Positions 11,101 through 24,200 of a DNA stretch of 64,000 nucleotides are shown here, one piece after another (the stretch's first letter is position 1; the number at the start of each line of letters is the position of its first letter). Below the pieces are notes generated by a model, which did not search any database, was not told the DNA's origin, and saw only the letters and a program-made list of their open reading frames with translations. Source of the stretch: Saccostrea cucullata (taxonomy: Eukaryota); assembly GCF_032062105.1 (NCBI RefSeq), contig NW_026923580.1, positions 1 through 64,000 of the forward strand, read 5' to 3'. A program made the position numbers and the translations under genes.

Positions 11101-14100
11101 TTTTACCTTTCTTCGATATTTTCTGTGCTGTTTTATACCACATTGAACATGTAAAAGTGCTTTAAGATTTTATTCTGTAATTATTAAATCTTGATTATAG
11201 TTAATTTTATAAACTGTTATTTTCAAGATACACTAATTTTTAGTTAGATGCATTATAATAAAACGAAGTCGCGTATAATTGCTAATTAATTATTAAATAA
11301 ATTATGGCACATTAGCATCGACTTTAGTCTATTATATAACTTCACCATATTTGTAATAAATTTACTGTACAGGGAAATTTCGCTCCCGTTTTAATTTTGC
11401 CCCTTTAGCCCTACCCTCATTTGGGCGAATTTAAAACGGGGCGAATTCAAAGAATACAGTATAATTTCTTAAATAAAATGATAACAGGGCAAATTTAAAA
11501 TGGGGCAAAATTGTCTGCAAGTGTCAAAGGGCGAAAATAACACGGAGTGGAAATATCCCCGTATACAGTATTTAGCAATAATTCAAATTATTTATCCGTA
11601 TCATTTATATTATATATGAGCATTATAATGAGGCATTACAAAAACGATTCTTCTAATGTGTACCTTGTGGAAAATATTTGAATTGTATCCCATTAGTAGG
11701 ACAATATCGGTATTGAAGGTCGTAATGTTTCAAAAGATTGTGTAAATTTTTGAATGTCTTTTTATTTTTGTGACATCGTTTAAAACAGAAGTTAAAAATA
11801 ATGCATTTCATATGGAGCATTTTAATACAATAGAAAGAATTATGCATTTCAAAGCTTTAGAATAGAAGGATTTTTTTAGTGAGTATCAATAAAAAAAAGT
11901 TTGATATAAAAGGAAAACTCTTTGAGTATATACTATTTCTTTTTTAATTAATGCAACATCTTTTTGCAAGATCGGTAATTTTATTTTTACTGAAATAAGA
12001 AGATAAAGAATAGATTAAACCTCAGAAATTGGGTAAGTAGCAAACACCTACCTCTAAAACATCTAAAGTTAATTAGGTGTCATGGGCTGAACAAAAAAAA
12101 AATTGTAAATAATTTGTGTGCAAAATCATTGGTCTTATAATTTAAATTGAAAATACTGATCAATATTTTACATAACGAAAGATTGCATTGTTTACAAAAA
12201 TCCTTACAAACAAAGATACATTGCGGGTTCCAGTAAATGTTCAACCAAGCCTCTTTCTTTCCTCTTCACTAAGATATTGATCGTGGTGAAGGAAAAACTT
12301 CAAGAGTACTTTGCAACAATATATTCAAGAAGTGGTGTGAATCCGATGTGGATACTCAAAAATTCCAACGAACTTTTGGACAATTTGAAATCACAAGATT
12401 TTACCAAAATCAACAGTTTAAAAACTTACGACTTTTTCTACTTTACAACAACCATTCCCGAGATAAATTAAAGTCCAGGCTTTCTGATATCATTGTCAGC
12501 TTCTTTTTCAATACAAAATAGAACTCGTAAATTTACTTACCTGGTCATTGCTCATTTGCAAAATTATTTTGTTAAAACACATTCTGATTGCACACACAAG
12601 TACTCTGACGTTAACATCAAAAAGATGCTCGAGTTTTTGATTGACAATATCCATGTGGAGTTTGGAGACCAGGTTTTCCAAAAATCTATTGGTATCCCAT
12701 GGGAACCAATTTCACCGCGTTATTAGCAGACATATTTTTGTATTCGTGTGAAGCAGAATTTGTGCAAAATCTTATGCGTGTAAAAAAAAAACACTTGCTG
12801 TGGCCTTCAACTCAATTAACAAGTAAAACAAAACAATATAATTGCTGTGGCCTTCAATCTATGATAAACGTGATGACTTTAACTCTTTTTTTTATCATAA
12901 ACTCCCCTTACTTAAGCAGCAATATACCTTCATCACTTGGACATGGAGATTATATACTCGTATATATCAGTTGATTCAATACGGAAGTGCATGGTCTATG
13001 TATGAACAATTTCTAAAACGAGGTAAATTTTTCATATCAATTGTTAGTCCATTATTTATACACTGAATTGACGACGGATATTTCCGTTATGACAATGAGC
13101 ACACGACGGGTGTGACCGGTCAGCAGGGGATGTATGGCACCACATCTGTTTTCATACAGTACTTGCTCTGCTCCTTTTTTGATTGTTTTTACTTTGTAAA
13201 AAGACGTTAATGGTAAATGCAAATTTAAACAACCATTGATTAAGCTCTATGCATATGATAAACTTGATGACTTTAACTTTTCTGATACACGAACGATCCT
13301 TCACGTTCCCTACACGTTAAGCACGCAATATACCTTCATCACCAAAATTGTTCAAATTATACGGAAAAACGGCTTTATATTGATTTTAGATTCAAAGAAT
13401 TATCAATAAATATATTATATCATCGACTTCGATAAAAAAGATGGATATGGATATTTCTGGTAATAAGTACATGTAAGATTTTTTTTTAAATATTTTAGAA
13501 TATGAATAATTATTTAGATAATTCTCCGACATAAGAAAACGGATTTTTTTGTTTTTATCAGAAGATAATAGTAGGTGGACCGTAAAATTTGATTGAATTG
13601 GATTTCTATGGTCGATGGGAAAAAAATGACCTTGCCAGCAAATACTTCAATTTATCACTTCAAAATGTTTAAATGCTAAAACATGAAAAAAGACATTGTT
13701 TTTTTCTTTAACAATTAATTGTTAGTCAGAGATTATTTATACACTGAATTGACGTGCATGTACACGGACTAAACATTTTTCTTTGAAAATTATTTATTTA
13801 TTTGTAAAAATATTTCTTTTTTATTATTTGACACGGAGCAAACAGAATGAACTTCAGAAAGTGTAAAACATCTTAGTACGGTTTATTACAATAAGTCACG
13901 CTATTTGGCACATTGATACGACCTCTGAAATTTTGTTTACAAGTGATAGTTTGCTATGCATTCAATTATTTGTATTGTTTTATTTGAATTAAAGATAAAA
14001 TATGAATACATGTTTCACAGTTAACTGCATAAAAATCCGAAATTTACATTACAAGATCACGGATTAAAACCGCAAAGATTCAAAGTTAATACGGTAACCA

Positions 14101-17060
14101 TTGATTAAGCAATATGTTTAACACTAACGTGATATCATTGTATTATCAACCTAATTGTCAATAGTTTGTCTCGTGTAAGACAATGATTGTTCATAGAATA
14201 TGCACTTTTGTATCGAATCATTTGGGAAAAATAACTCCATACATACGACATATTGGTAAAACGCATCAATTTATGATAATTGTTAAGAGGTATGAATGCC
14301 CCGAAAAACTCGGATACTTTATATTAAAACAAAATTTAATTTGGTTTTTTATCAATTGATAAAAAATTAAAATTAGCTTGAGTTAATGGGAGCAGTGAGC
14401 TCACTAAATGATACCCCTGACTCCGATATGATTATACTGGAGAAGTCCATGTTTCGCCCTGGGAGACCACAAATAAGTGTCAAATCAAAAAGTGAAATAA
14501 GAGGATAAAAACAATCGGTGAAATATCATTAAATTTTATTCAGTGGTATAGGAGAAGACGTGGATAAGAGATGGGAACCCTTCAAAATTATGAAATAATG
14601 GCAGTGTCCATGTTTTGCTATGGAACCCAAAATATGGGTCTTGTCCAAAGGTGAAATTAAAGGAGATTCACAATGGCACTATTTTAAAGAGATTCTGGAA
14701 AAGACTTCTTTAAATTTCACTGAGTGGTACATGTAAGAAAGGAGTTTTGGCTAAGAAATTGGTACCCAAAGCGAAACAGACGGATGGACGGAAGGACCCA
14801 AACGGCCTACCTCGTTTTCTTAACGACATCATTGTTTATGGACAGCGTTACGTGATGGATTTATTTAAAAGAGGCATTACTTTCCTTGCAGGAAAATAAA
14901 TAATTATAATTTGTCAATTTGACATCTTTATAAAGCATTCATTTTCAATTGTGTAAATTACAATATTTTCGTTACTTTTATTGGTTAAAAAATATATAAA
15001 AAATTCCAACAGTATTTTAACTAACGTTATTTACAGCAGGTATAACTTCAAGGTACCGCTTTATTAAAGAAGTGGTTATCTATAATATCTAATAGCATTT
15101 TAGTTTTTTTTAAAATAACAATTTATGAATAAAATATTAATAAGTCTTACAATACATGTATGTACATTTAACTGGTTTTGAAAGTCTTTTTTACAAATTT
15201 CAGTTTCCTTAAATTGCTTAGAAGTACATAACTTGGTGCTTTTCAATTAATTCTATAATAAAAGATTTTCTAAAGATTTTGGAATATTTGTACAATTCAA
15301 AATATATCTTAGTTACTGATAAGAAAATTGTTCTTATTGATATTAAATATTATTGTATAACGCTTATTTAATGCTCATTGAATGTTAGATATACAAATTT
15401 ATAATGTAATTTAACACTTACAAAGAACTATATGCGGTATTAACCAACATTTGCCCCCCAAAATCAAACTTTGATGGAGTAATATTTAATTAAGTCCTTA
15501 AACAGGGGAGTATATGCTGACTTCAAAGCACTGAATAATTTCATAAGTAATGACGTCATATGTACGTAATGACGTCACAAATATGACGTAATTTCAGTTT
15601 TTTATGAATTTTGCAGAAAAATGTGATATTTTAAATAAAATCACCGAGCGCATGTGTGTTCAGGATAAATATTTTGATATAATGTGTAGAAATAATATCA
15701 ATGAAATATGTCAATATGAACACACGCTTAAAGCTTAAATTGTTGAAATTTTGTCCATTCTGAAAAAGGATATAAAATCAGACTAGTTTGTGACGTCATA
15801 AAAACAGAAATTGTGAATACACTGCTCTGGAACTATAATATTTTCTGTTAACTTATATTTCTCGTAATTTATTTTCAGCAACAGGAAGTTTTCAAAATTT
15901 GACTTTTGTGGGGGCAAACATACGCAATATACCGCATATAGTTCTTTTATTCAAATAAAGAACAAATCATCGCTATTTTAATTTTTAAACACCTTTCAAA
16001 ATAAATTTTGAAAATATATTTTTAATGCTTTATGTAAAATCGACATGAATTGACAAGAGTTAGTTATCTAATTAGGAAATTTGAAGTGAGATCAATGTAT
16101 AGGCATGGGAGTATATACTATTACTGATGAGAATAGAAATATATATTGATAATTTCTAGCTTGAAGGCGACAGGTGTGCAGAGCACGTGTAAATACCTTT
16201 TTTTCTACAGTAAAGTGCAAATGTATAGCTTGCGTATTAATTTCATTTTCCCTATAAGTAATAAACAACGTATATGTGTAGACATTTTCTTCTGGTTTTG
16301 AAAACTTTTGATTTCAGAATCATATCACTTTGTTTTTGAAAACTGAATATGGTCTTCCACATTCAGCGACACCTTTATGTTGGTTATGAAGTACGAGTAC
16401 AAGCTAGCAACATGTGAAATCAAAAATCCAACTTTCTGTGTATGAGTAGAGACTTGTAATAAAAGAAGACAATTAAAATTCAAAGGTCTTTTAGACAACT
16501 ATTCATCACATTTTTCAGTCTTTTAACAATAACATAACAATGATTTGTCTTGGCAGGTAACGAACAGTTATCAAACTCAATAGGCAGTTAAAATCATGCA
16601 AATAGTGAGTAGGCAGAGAAAAGACGACCTCTAAAAACACAAGAAGTGGGATCACTTGCCATGTAATAAAAAGCAGGAAATTTGATATACATTAATAACA
16701 AATGTAACAGGAATTTCAAGTAATTTATTTACGAGAGGAAAAGTAATTAGGATTAAAGATATAGAGAAATTCATGTTCAAACTATGAATTTATGTCGTAG
16801 ATTTGGTTCACACAGGGTTATTTGTGTTACATTGTTTTGTAGTTAATTATGTAACATGTATGTCAATATACAGTTTTATGTATGTTCATATAATTGTGTG
16901 TGTTTGAATGCTCAAAATAATAATTATACCTTCCTATTTTTAACTTAAAAGTACAAAATTCACTTACTGTTGGTAAAATTTTTTCCATGTCCGAGTCGAA
17001 AGACGAATGCACAATAGGACAAAATATTACCAGCATCAAAAACCATGTTGAAATCTCCAT
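8130..17060 (-). CDS. Small secreted cysteine-rich protein, 120 aa, uncharacterised (possibly Argos/giant-lens-like Cys frame)
   Basis: Exons 17060-16968 (MEISTWFLMLVIFCPIVHSSFDSDMEKILPT), 9266-9177 (CTIIDRYMEDMRCVDPQNMEANEDRIIFEA) and 8309-8130 (ECRCPVYHSCYLKVINEISDGNSIVDMATAEKRYICKSKKTLDAEKKKNDEAANVAASG*). Introns are phase 0, GT-AG. The exon1-exon2 link across 7.7 kb is inferred. Confidence 0.75.
10077..10207. repeat. ~130-bp imperfect palindrome, probably part of a non-autonomous DNA element
   Basis: Arms 10077-10132 and 10151-10207 are reverse complements, with an inner ggcc-taac-ggcc hairpin. Three gatgttggaccg direct repeats lie at ~9890-9942. Confidence 0.8.
11363..11570. mobile_element. 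Tc1/mariner-type MITE
   Basis: Ends TACTGTA...TACAGTA (TA target plus TIR) with imperfect internal inverted repeats. Confidence 0.75.
12185..13145 (+). mobile_element. Degenerate Penelope-like retroelement RT (C-terminal-RT, Naiad-like)
   Basis: Frameshifted peptides KNPYKQRYIAGSSKCSTKPLS, SGVNPMWILKNS, KTYDF, EFLIDNIHVEFGDQVFQ, GIPMGTN..LLADIFLYSCEAEF and IYDKRDDFN. Ends with the 3' motif gggtgtgaccggtcagcaggggatg. Confidence 0.85.
14375..14830 (+). mobile_element. Degenerate Helentron-associated/pearl-type element
   Basis: Two diverged internal units followed by a cagacggatggacggaagga microsatellite-like tail. Confidence 0.45.
15422..15947. mobile_element. Non-autonomous TIR DNA transposon
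   Basis: aaagaactatatgcggtat...tttgccccccaaaatcaaa pairs with tttgacttttgtgggggcaaa...ataccgcatatagttcttt (~50-bp imperfect TIR). Several internal TGACGTCA. Confidence 0.8.
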
Positions 17061-18252
17061 GACCAAGTTCTTTATTTACGGTTTAAGTTGAATGTGAACG
17101 TGAAAACTTCAGTCCCTGGTCATTGATAATTGAATCCCCTTATATTATGTGTAGTAGGAGGGGCGATATTCTGTGAGAGCTCCACCCCCTTTTCTGATCT
17201 CTTTCTCAGGCATATGTTTGTGCAATAACCATACAATGAATAAATCAATGTTAACAGTATCATTTCTTACCACATTATGAGTGAAATTACTTCAATTTTT
17301 TTTTTCAATAAGTTAATATAGCCAAATGCATGTTAAACGTGTAACCAAAAATGTCAAAAGGTAAGTTATATTTTTATAGCTGCTGTAGTCGATGATTTTG
17401 ACGAACAGAATGTAGACATTGATTAAATTTCACGTTCTGTTATCAATTAGGGCTAAAAGGGTTAACATTGTATATGAGGTGACGTCAAGGGGGCCATATT
17501 GTACCGTGCTACAGTCTAATTGATATACAAATCAATTGGAAAAGACAGATTACATAGCAGGACACTCAATTCTTCTATTCATATTTACCTCCATTTATTT
17601 TCGTACCTTTTTTTATTAATTCATAAGGTTCGTATTTCCATAGTTTTTTCATCAGAGTTGAAGTTCTGCCAGCAGCTGTTGTATATTATGTATATATATA
17701 ATATTATAAAGAATGAAAAATATGTTTGAAATCAGTCGACAATAAAACCAGTTCAGACCGGTTTTCTCTTAAAGGATATGAAAAGCACACCTGTATCATG
17801 GTATACCATATATCATATAAACAATATGTATTCTTCATAAGTATGTTCCTTCGTTAGGGTATTTATAGTTTTAGAGGAAATTTTAATATTGAATTATTGT
17901 TTTTCTATTAATTTCGAAGTTTATTTAAAGTCAAGGGCAAAAAGTCATATAACAAAACATGGCTATAACTTGCAACAATATTTTCAATCTTCTTTAATTA
18001 TATTTTCTAAAGCAATAATCCATAACAATGGTACACCTATAATGCAATAATCATGCAGACAATGTACACCTATAAAGGATTAGATATAATTGATTGATTT
18101 TTTTCCAATTTAAGAAAAATACATGTACAGGTTTTCGGGGGGAAAAATAAAGTTGAGAAACATGAATTTATTTCAATTTAAAAAATTCTTTCATAGCAAT
18201 GTTAAGATAATATCTAAGTAAACCGTGTCACATATGGTACTTGAATTGTGTA

Positions 18253-21200
18253 TTACTTCCAACATGGCGCAAGAATATGTCGATTTACTTCTGCAACAGG
18301 TAGCATATCACCTTTCCAAGGTCTAGGTAGAAAAAAAGATATTGAAATTTTTTTTAATAAATCAAATTAAATATAACCTTCACTGGAACGAAAATTTGAA
18401 ATAAAGCATTTAACAACATTACAGTATTAGGTCAAAGACTGCTTACTTGTAATACATCCTCGGGGCATCTCGAACATTCACCGGTTGAAATACCTAAACA
18501 TTAAAAGTTTCTATCAAAATCTTTGCATCTTTGTTTTCTTGTATTTTTTACTACATGTAAAATCTTTCATTTTTTACATTACTAACTTTATTGATAATAA
18601 TAAATGTTTGAGAATATGTATCAAAGGGGAGATCCTCATGATTTAATGTCATTTAAATTGGATTTATGAAGCACAAACTCTTCATGGAAGGGACATATTT
18701 TTTTTCTAAAGAGACATACAATGATTTGAGTTATCGATTTCAAGGAAACATCAAATTGATAAAAACAATCCAAGATAACACTAGCCTTTGAAAAGTTACA
18801 ATTTTAAATTAACGTCAATACTTACAGGTGTTGAATAATTCACTGGAGTAGGAAATGTAAATTTTTTGGTGGAGATTTTCTTTACATCCGGAGAATTTTC
18901 CGTTATGGTCACCGATTTATTTCTGCGTAATTCAGAATCCTTTGTGCTATTTTTGTTGGTGGAAGACCTTGGAATATTTTCTTTGTTTTCTTTATTATAA
19001 CTTGGTTTCTGTGGCTTTGGTGGCTTGGAACTTTCTAGATCTTTTATTGTTGTTGACGTTGAATTTAATTTTGTCCCTGTCAGGCGCGTAACTGGTGCTG
19101 AATGGTAGCGCCTGTTTAACTTTGCATGCGACTCTGCGTGCGCAGTACCGGAAACTAATGCAGTCTCATTAAGACGCTTGACTCCTGCTGAAACAACTCG
19201 CCGTCTCTCCATTTCTGTTATGTCGGCTTGTTTCTTCCGTTCACGTTCTAATTGTTCTGCAGAAAAAGTCATGTATTACACATGTTAAAACTTATTTTTT
19301 ATCATTAAATAATCATAAACTCATAAACAATATGAAAGAACTTTTAATCATAATTATGCTGTCATATATTTACCTTAAGGCCATCCTTTTTTCTTAAATT
19401 TTTTTTATTTTTCTTCAGCTTTCATTTTACCAAAATGACTCGTATGATATTTTTATGTATATAACTAATACAAGAATATTTTTACCAAAAAATGCGTTTG
19501 CTGTTTTCGGTCGACTAATATGTTTCCGGATTGCCTCCCCATAATCTTTTCGTCTCCTTGTGGCCATCTTGTCAAATTCATTACTAGATGTCCCACACTT
19601 GAAGGGCTCAACAGATATCCTGTCTGGCGCAGAGAAAGGTCGCTGTTTAAGTGTGTCTTTGGGTGCCTCTTTTTGTGATTCTTGATTAAAAAATATTTCT
19701 ATTGGTGAATGTAAGCTTTACGATTTCACCTTAAAATAATTAAATATTGCATACTTATAATTAGAAACCCACAACCCCTTTATCGTGTGAAATGCAACTC
19801 CTTCTTACTACATGTACATGTGCAATCTCTAAGTTCATCTTTTAGACGTTCCGTTTTTTTTGTAGATTTTATGTTTCTTCAGATTTTATTTTACTTGTTT
19901 TATTTGTTTTCTAATATAGTTGAAAAACAAATATATCTGGATAATTGCAAAATGCCATTTGTACCAACCTGCTAACTGTTTCTTGCTTGGTTTATTGGGC
20001 GTCAGGTCGATTTGGACAACGGTGTGTGGTACACACAGGGTAAACAAGTATCTGCAAAATCAATTCACCTAAATGTTGTAGCAATCATAAAATTTATATA
20101 CAAGTAAATAAATGCTAGAAATGTCATAACTTAAATACTGATGTATTGGATATTTCAAAATTGAAATCAAATGGCATAAAAAACTAAATAACGATCTTTT
20201 TTTAAAAATATATATTCTGTTCTTTTCATATTTAAAACAATAATTCCTAATTGAACTCTATTTACTCCAGTTCAGATAATGTATATTGAAACAATGCATT
20301 CATCTTCTTTGAATCATTACATGTACATGTATTATATGTATGATTGATCAATTTTTAAGTTCGATTGCAAAAGATAAACTTTACTTGTCGTAAAATTCCA
20401 TAATGCATGGGTGTCTGAAATTCGTAACTGTGGCACAGCTTTCATTTTCAGATTTCATTGCATCCACCTATTTAAAAACAAAGAAAGAGGCATCCCATTA
20501 AAGACTTATGATACATTGTAAGAATCTAATTTAAAAAATATCTAGTTTGATCAGCTTTTTATACGTCATCATGGTATTGTTATATTAATGATGGCATATA
20601 AAGAGTAATAAATCAAAACAATTCTTTTCAAAAGATAATAATTCATGTATTACATTGTAGGATGTCTTGAAAGTAATGCAATATCAAATTTATTAAGCAG
20701 CTCTATAGTTGCCATATGAGTATATCTAATTTGTCAAATTTGAAAAGTGTTTTCCTGTTGAATTATTGATAAAACTTTGCAAAAATTTTGAAGCACATAC
20801 TAAAAACTCTCAGATATACTATAAAAAATTATTGACATCATCTCGCATCTATTACAAAAAAATGCAATTTCACATGCCTAGTCTTCATTAAAAGCTCATT
20901 ATTTTCAATCTTCTCTCCATTTTTTCAATAATTCTGTTTAAAGCTGGACTAAAACTCAATAATATACATAAAGGATAATGCGAGTTATTTTGAAAATCAG
21001 ACAGTCGTTAATAGGACGAAGTTATGTTAAGGGGTACCGGGGTATACATTTTCACTGGAAGGCAAGTAAAAGTTATCTCGCATACAATTTTAATTTTTTT
21101 TAATAAGGATGCACCAAAGTCAATTTTAAACTGGGTTAATGGTACAATTGATTGCATATGCAATTTTCTATTTCAGACTTAAATACATGAGCATTAAGAA

Positions 21201-24200
21201 AACGATCTCTTCTGCCTTGTTTATCATAATGTGCCTCTTAAAATATTTTTTTTAAATCCATTAACGTTGAAAAAATTATTGCTTTTGTTTCCATTGAAAT
21301 ATGTTATTTATCAGATAAAAGTAAAGAATATTCAGTGATGTCAAAGCACAATGAGAAACTTAAGCTAAAGTAATTTTTATAGTGAAAAAAAAATCATTGT
21401 AAATAACATAAAAATTCTAATATCAGTCACAAAAGTCTAATAAAACCTGTCCTGTTCAAAACAAAGCAACTATATTTACATGTAAATTTTGTCTACATAA
21501 TATAATATTTTTGATTTACTCTTATAGCTTTTGAAAACATTTTAATACTGTTTTACGATTTACAAGAATGGTTCTTTCGGATCCCTGGAATCAAACGGAA
21601 AGCACATAGTGTATTCATTAATATTTTCATGCACTCTCGGTATATGTAAAATATAGATAATAAAGGAAATGTGAAAAAAGAAATTTTATATATAAATTTT
21701 GTGTAATTACAAGATCTTAATATACATGCTAGCAGCCAAGACTTGTCTTAGATTAGTATGAAATCAACACACTCCAAACACAACGTAAATGACATGTGCG
21801 ATACCTTCTGGACTACGGCAAGTAAGCTTGAAAATTGTGAAACCTTTATTCCAAATAGAAAAAGAAATCAAAACAGAAAATCAATATTGTATATATGTCC
21901 ATCACATAAAAAAAACGTTAAAATCTCTGAAACAAAAATATCCAATGCAACCTAGGTTTCAAAGTAATGCATAGAAATATTACCGTCATTTGTAAGTCAT
22001 CAGTCTAAAATTTATTTATTATATTTTTTTTTATTGAACTAAAATAGATGTTTGATAACTATGATATATTTCTCTAAGGACACACATTTGCAAATTGATG
22101 AAACAAAATTAACAAAATTGTTGGGTTCATTCGTATGAAGATTGACAATTATGCTTGAAATAAGTACAGTGTCATTATATTTATATGAAAAACAACTATT
22201 CCTAAAAAGATATAAATCTAACATACTTACTAAAACTATAAACAGAGTTATTTTTACCTCGAGTTATTTTCGACTTTTCATATACTTGAAAACAATTAAT
22301 ATCCCCTACTTTTCAATTCGCCCCTCAACAGTTTTGTGAAGAAGTAATATTGTTTCCTAAGCAACTAGGGCGGATACCTCGAAAATAAAACAGGGGTGAA
22401 AATTGGCTTGTAGTTAAGGAAAGATCTAAATAAATAAAATCTGCTTTTTATTTTGCATCTGATCGCAGCTGTTTGAATTTGCCAAAATATAAGTTAAAAT
22501 TGATTTTTTCATTCCTTTTTTAAATTAACATTTTGCATATATAGCAAAAATATTACATCTCGATTTATTTGCCCCCAATATTTCATATCATAATTTTTTT
22601 TTTTTATTTCGGTAACTACAGATAGAAACTAAGGAAACAGTTACTCTAAAATTATTAAAATATACATGTATGCTATAAATCCTAAAGGGTATCATACACA
22701 TTTATTTTTAAAGTAAAAATTACTAATCTTTCAAATAATGAAGTCTCTTACCAGTGGCTTTGTAAGTGCTGATCGCAACATTAAGGAACAAAGATGACCG
22801 GGTTTAAACTTTAATGCAAGCTCAACATCCTTCAAAGCCTGTGAGAGAAAAAAGTATTACACGTTTTACAGAAATAATAAAAATAATTTATTCTGATTAT
22901 TATTATGATTTGATAATATATTGAATTTTTTCACTTGATTTTTGTTTTTATTCAATGTCACTTTTTACTACACATATATAATATTATCATACCGCTCCTT
23001 CGTTGTCATCTGAACTTTTTGTTAAAGCTCGTATACAGTACACATCCTGAAATATATAATTAGTTTTTATATAATTATCTCCAAATTCCTTAGGTTTGTG
23101 AGAAAGAAATCGCTTAAAAGCATAGTAGCAGTTTTTAGTGAATATTTACAAGATTCAACAACGAAAAGTAATTAAAATATAGGTTTAAATAAAAGTAAGT
23201 CTATAACGAAGAGTATATAAATACTACCTGATATGCTAAACAATAGCAGTAGCTTTGCAGAGATACATCTACCTAAAACTTTTCTGGCATTTTACTCACA
23301 GGGTTTTTACTGTCTAGCACCACTGCCTTTTCTGCGTCTTTCATTGCATTTTTCATATCACCTAAAATATATTTTAAGATAGAGAAGTTTTGAATACTTT
23401 GCCATATCTGTCATATTTTATAGATAACTTTCTTTCTTAGGGTTTCGTAAGATTGTATGTACGATTTTTACATCTGAAAAGATTTTTTTTCTGAAAAGTC
23501 ATGTTAGAGCACTTTTTATTGAAATGCAAGCGAGTTCATTATAGTGATAATATAAATTCAAATTACCTATTCGAACATATGCAAAAGCTCTTCTTGCGTA
23601 TAATGGTGTCATCAGACAGGAATTGGTAACACACCCGGCCAAACAACCATTCTAAAAAAGATATATAAACGCTTAATAACTTACATCTTTTATAGGATAT
23701 TTCTTTTCAATTTCTGAATCAGTTTATGCTTATAGCTTAGGAGACAGTTCTATTATAATACCGGTAAAGCTTTGTTGCGCGCGCGGGCCCTAACAGAAAT
23801 TTATTTTAGCTAAAGTTTACTGCTATAGTTAACTAAAATATTCTTTCGTACTTTGATTTACTAAGAAACTTTATTCTAGAATTTTTTTTTTTGAAGAATT
23901 TGACATTTGATATTTCTTTCATTACACATGATGTCATTGATGCCATATTTTAAATGGTATGTAAATGGACAAGTAATATTGGTGCATGTATGTCCTTTTA
24001 GCAATAAAATTGCTTGTAAATTAAAAATATGAAATTAAACTGTCATAGTAAAAAAAATAATATTATGGTCAACAATTAGATCTCTCTACCTTAGGAATAG
24101 AAACTGTGTTGATGGCGTTTGTGTAGGCGTCAGCTGCTCTTTTATGGTCCCCTATGTGTTGGTAGGCGACTCCAATGTGATAATATGTCTCATACATCTG

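Noticed and set aside
21805-21843. Possible extra 39-nt TPR-gene exon (VSQFSSLLAVVQK)
   Set aside because: It is frame-compatible, but the splice signals are weak and I have no homology support, so it is left out of the model.
23228-23272. Exon-like 45 nt in the TPR gene
   Set aside because: It would need an intron of under 30 nt.
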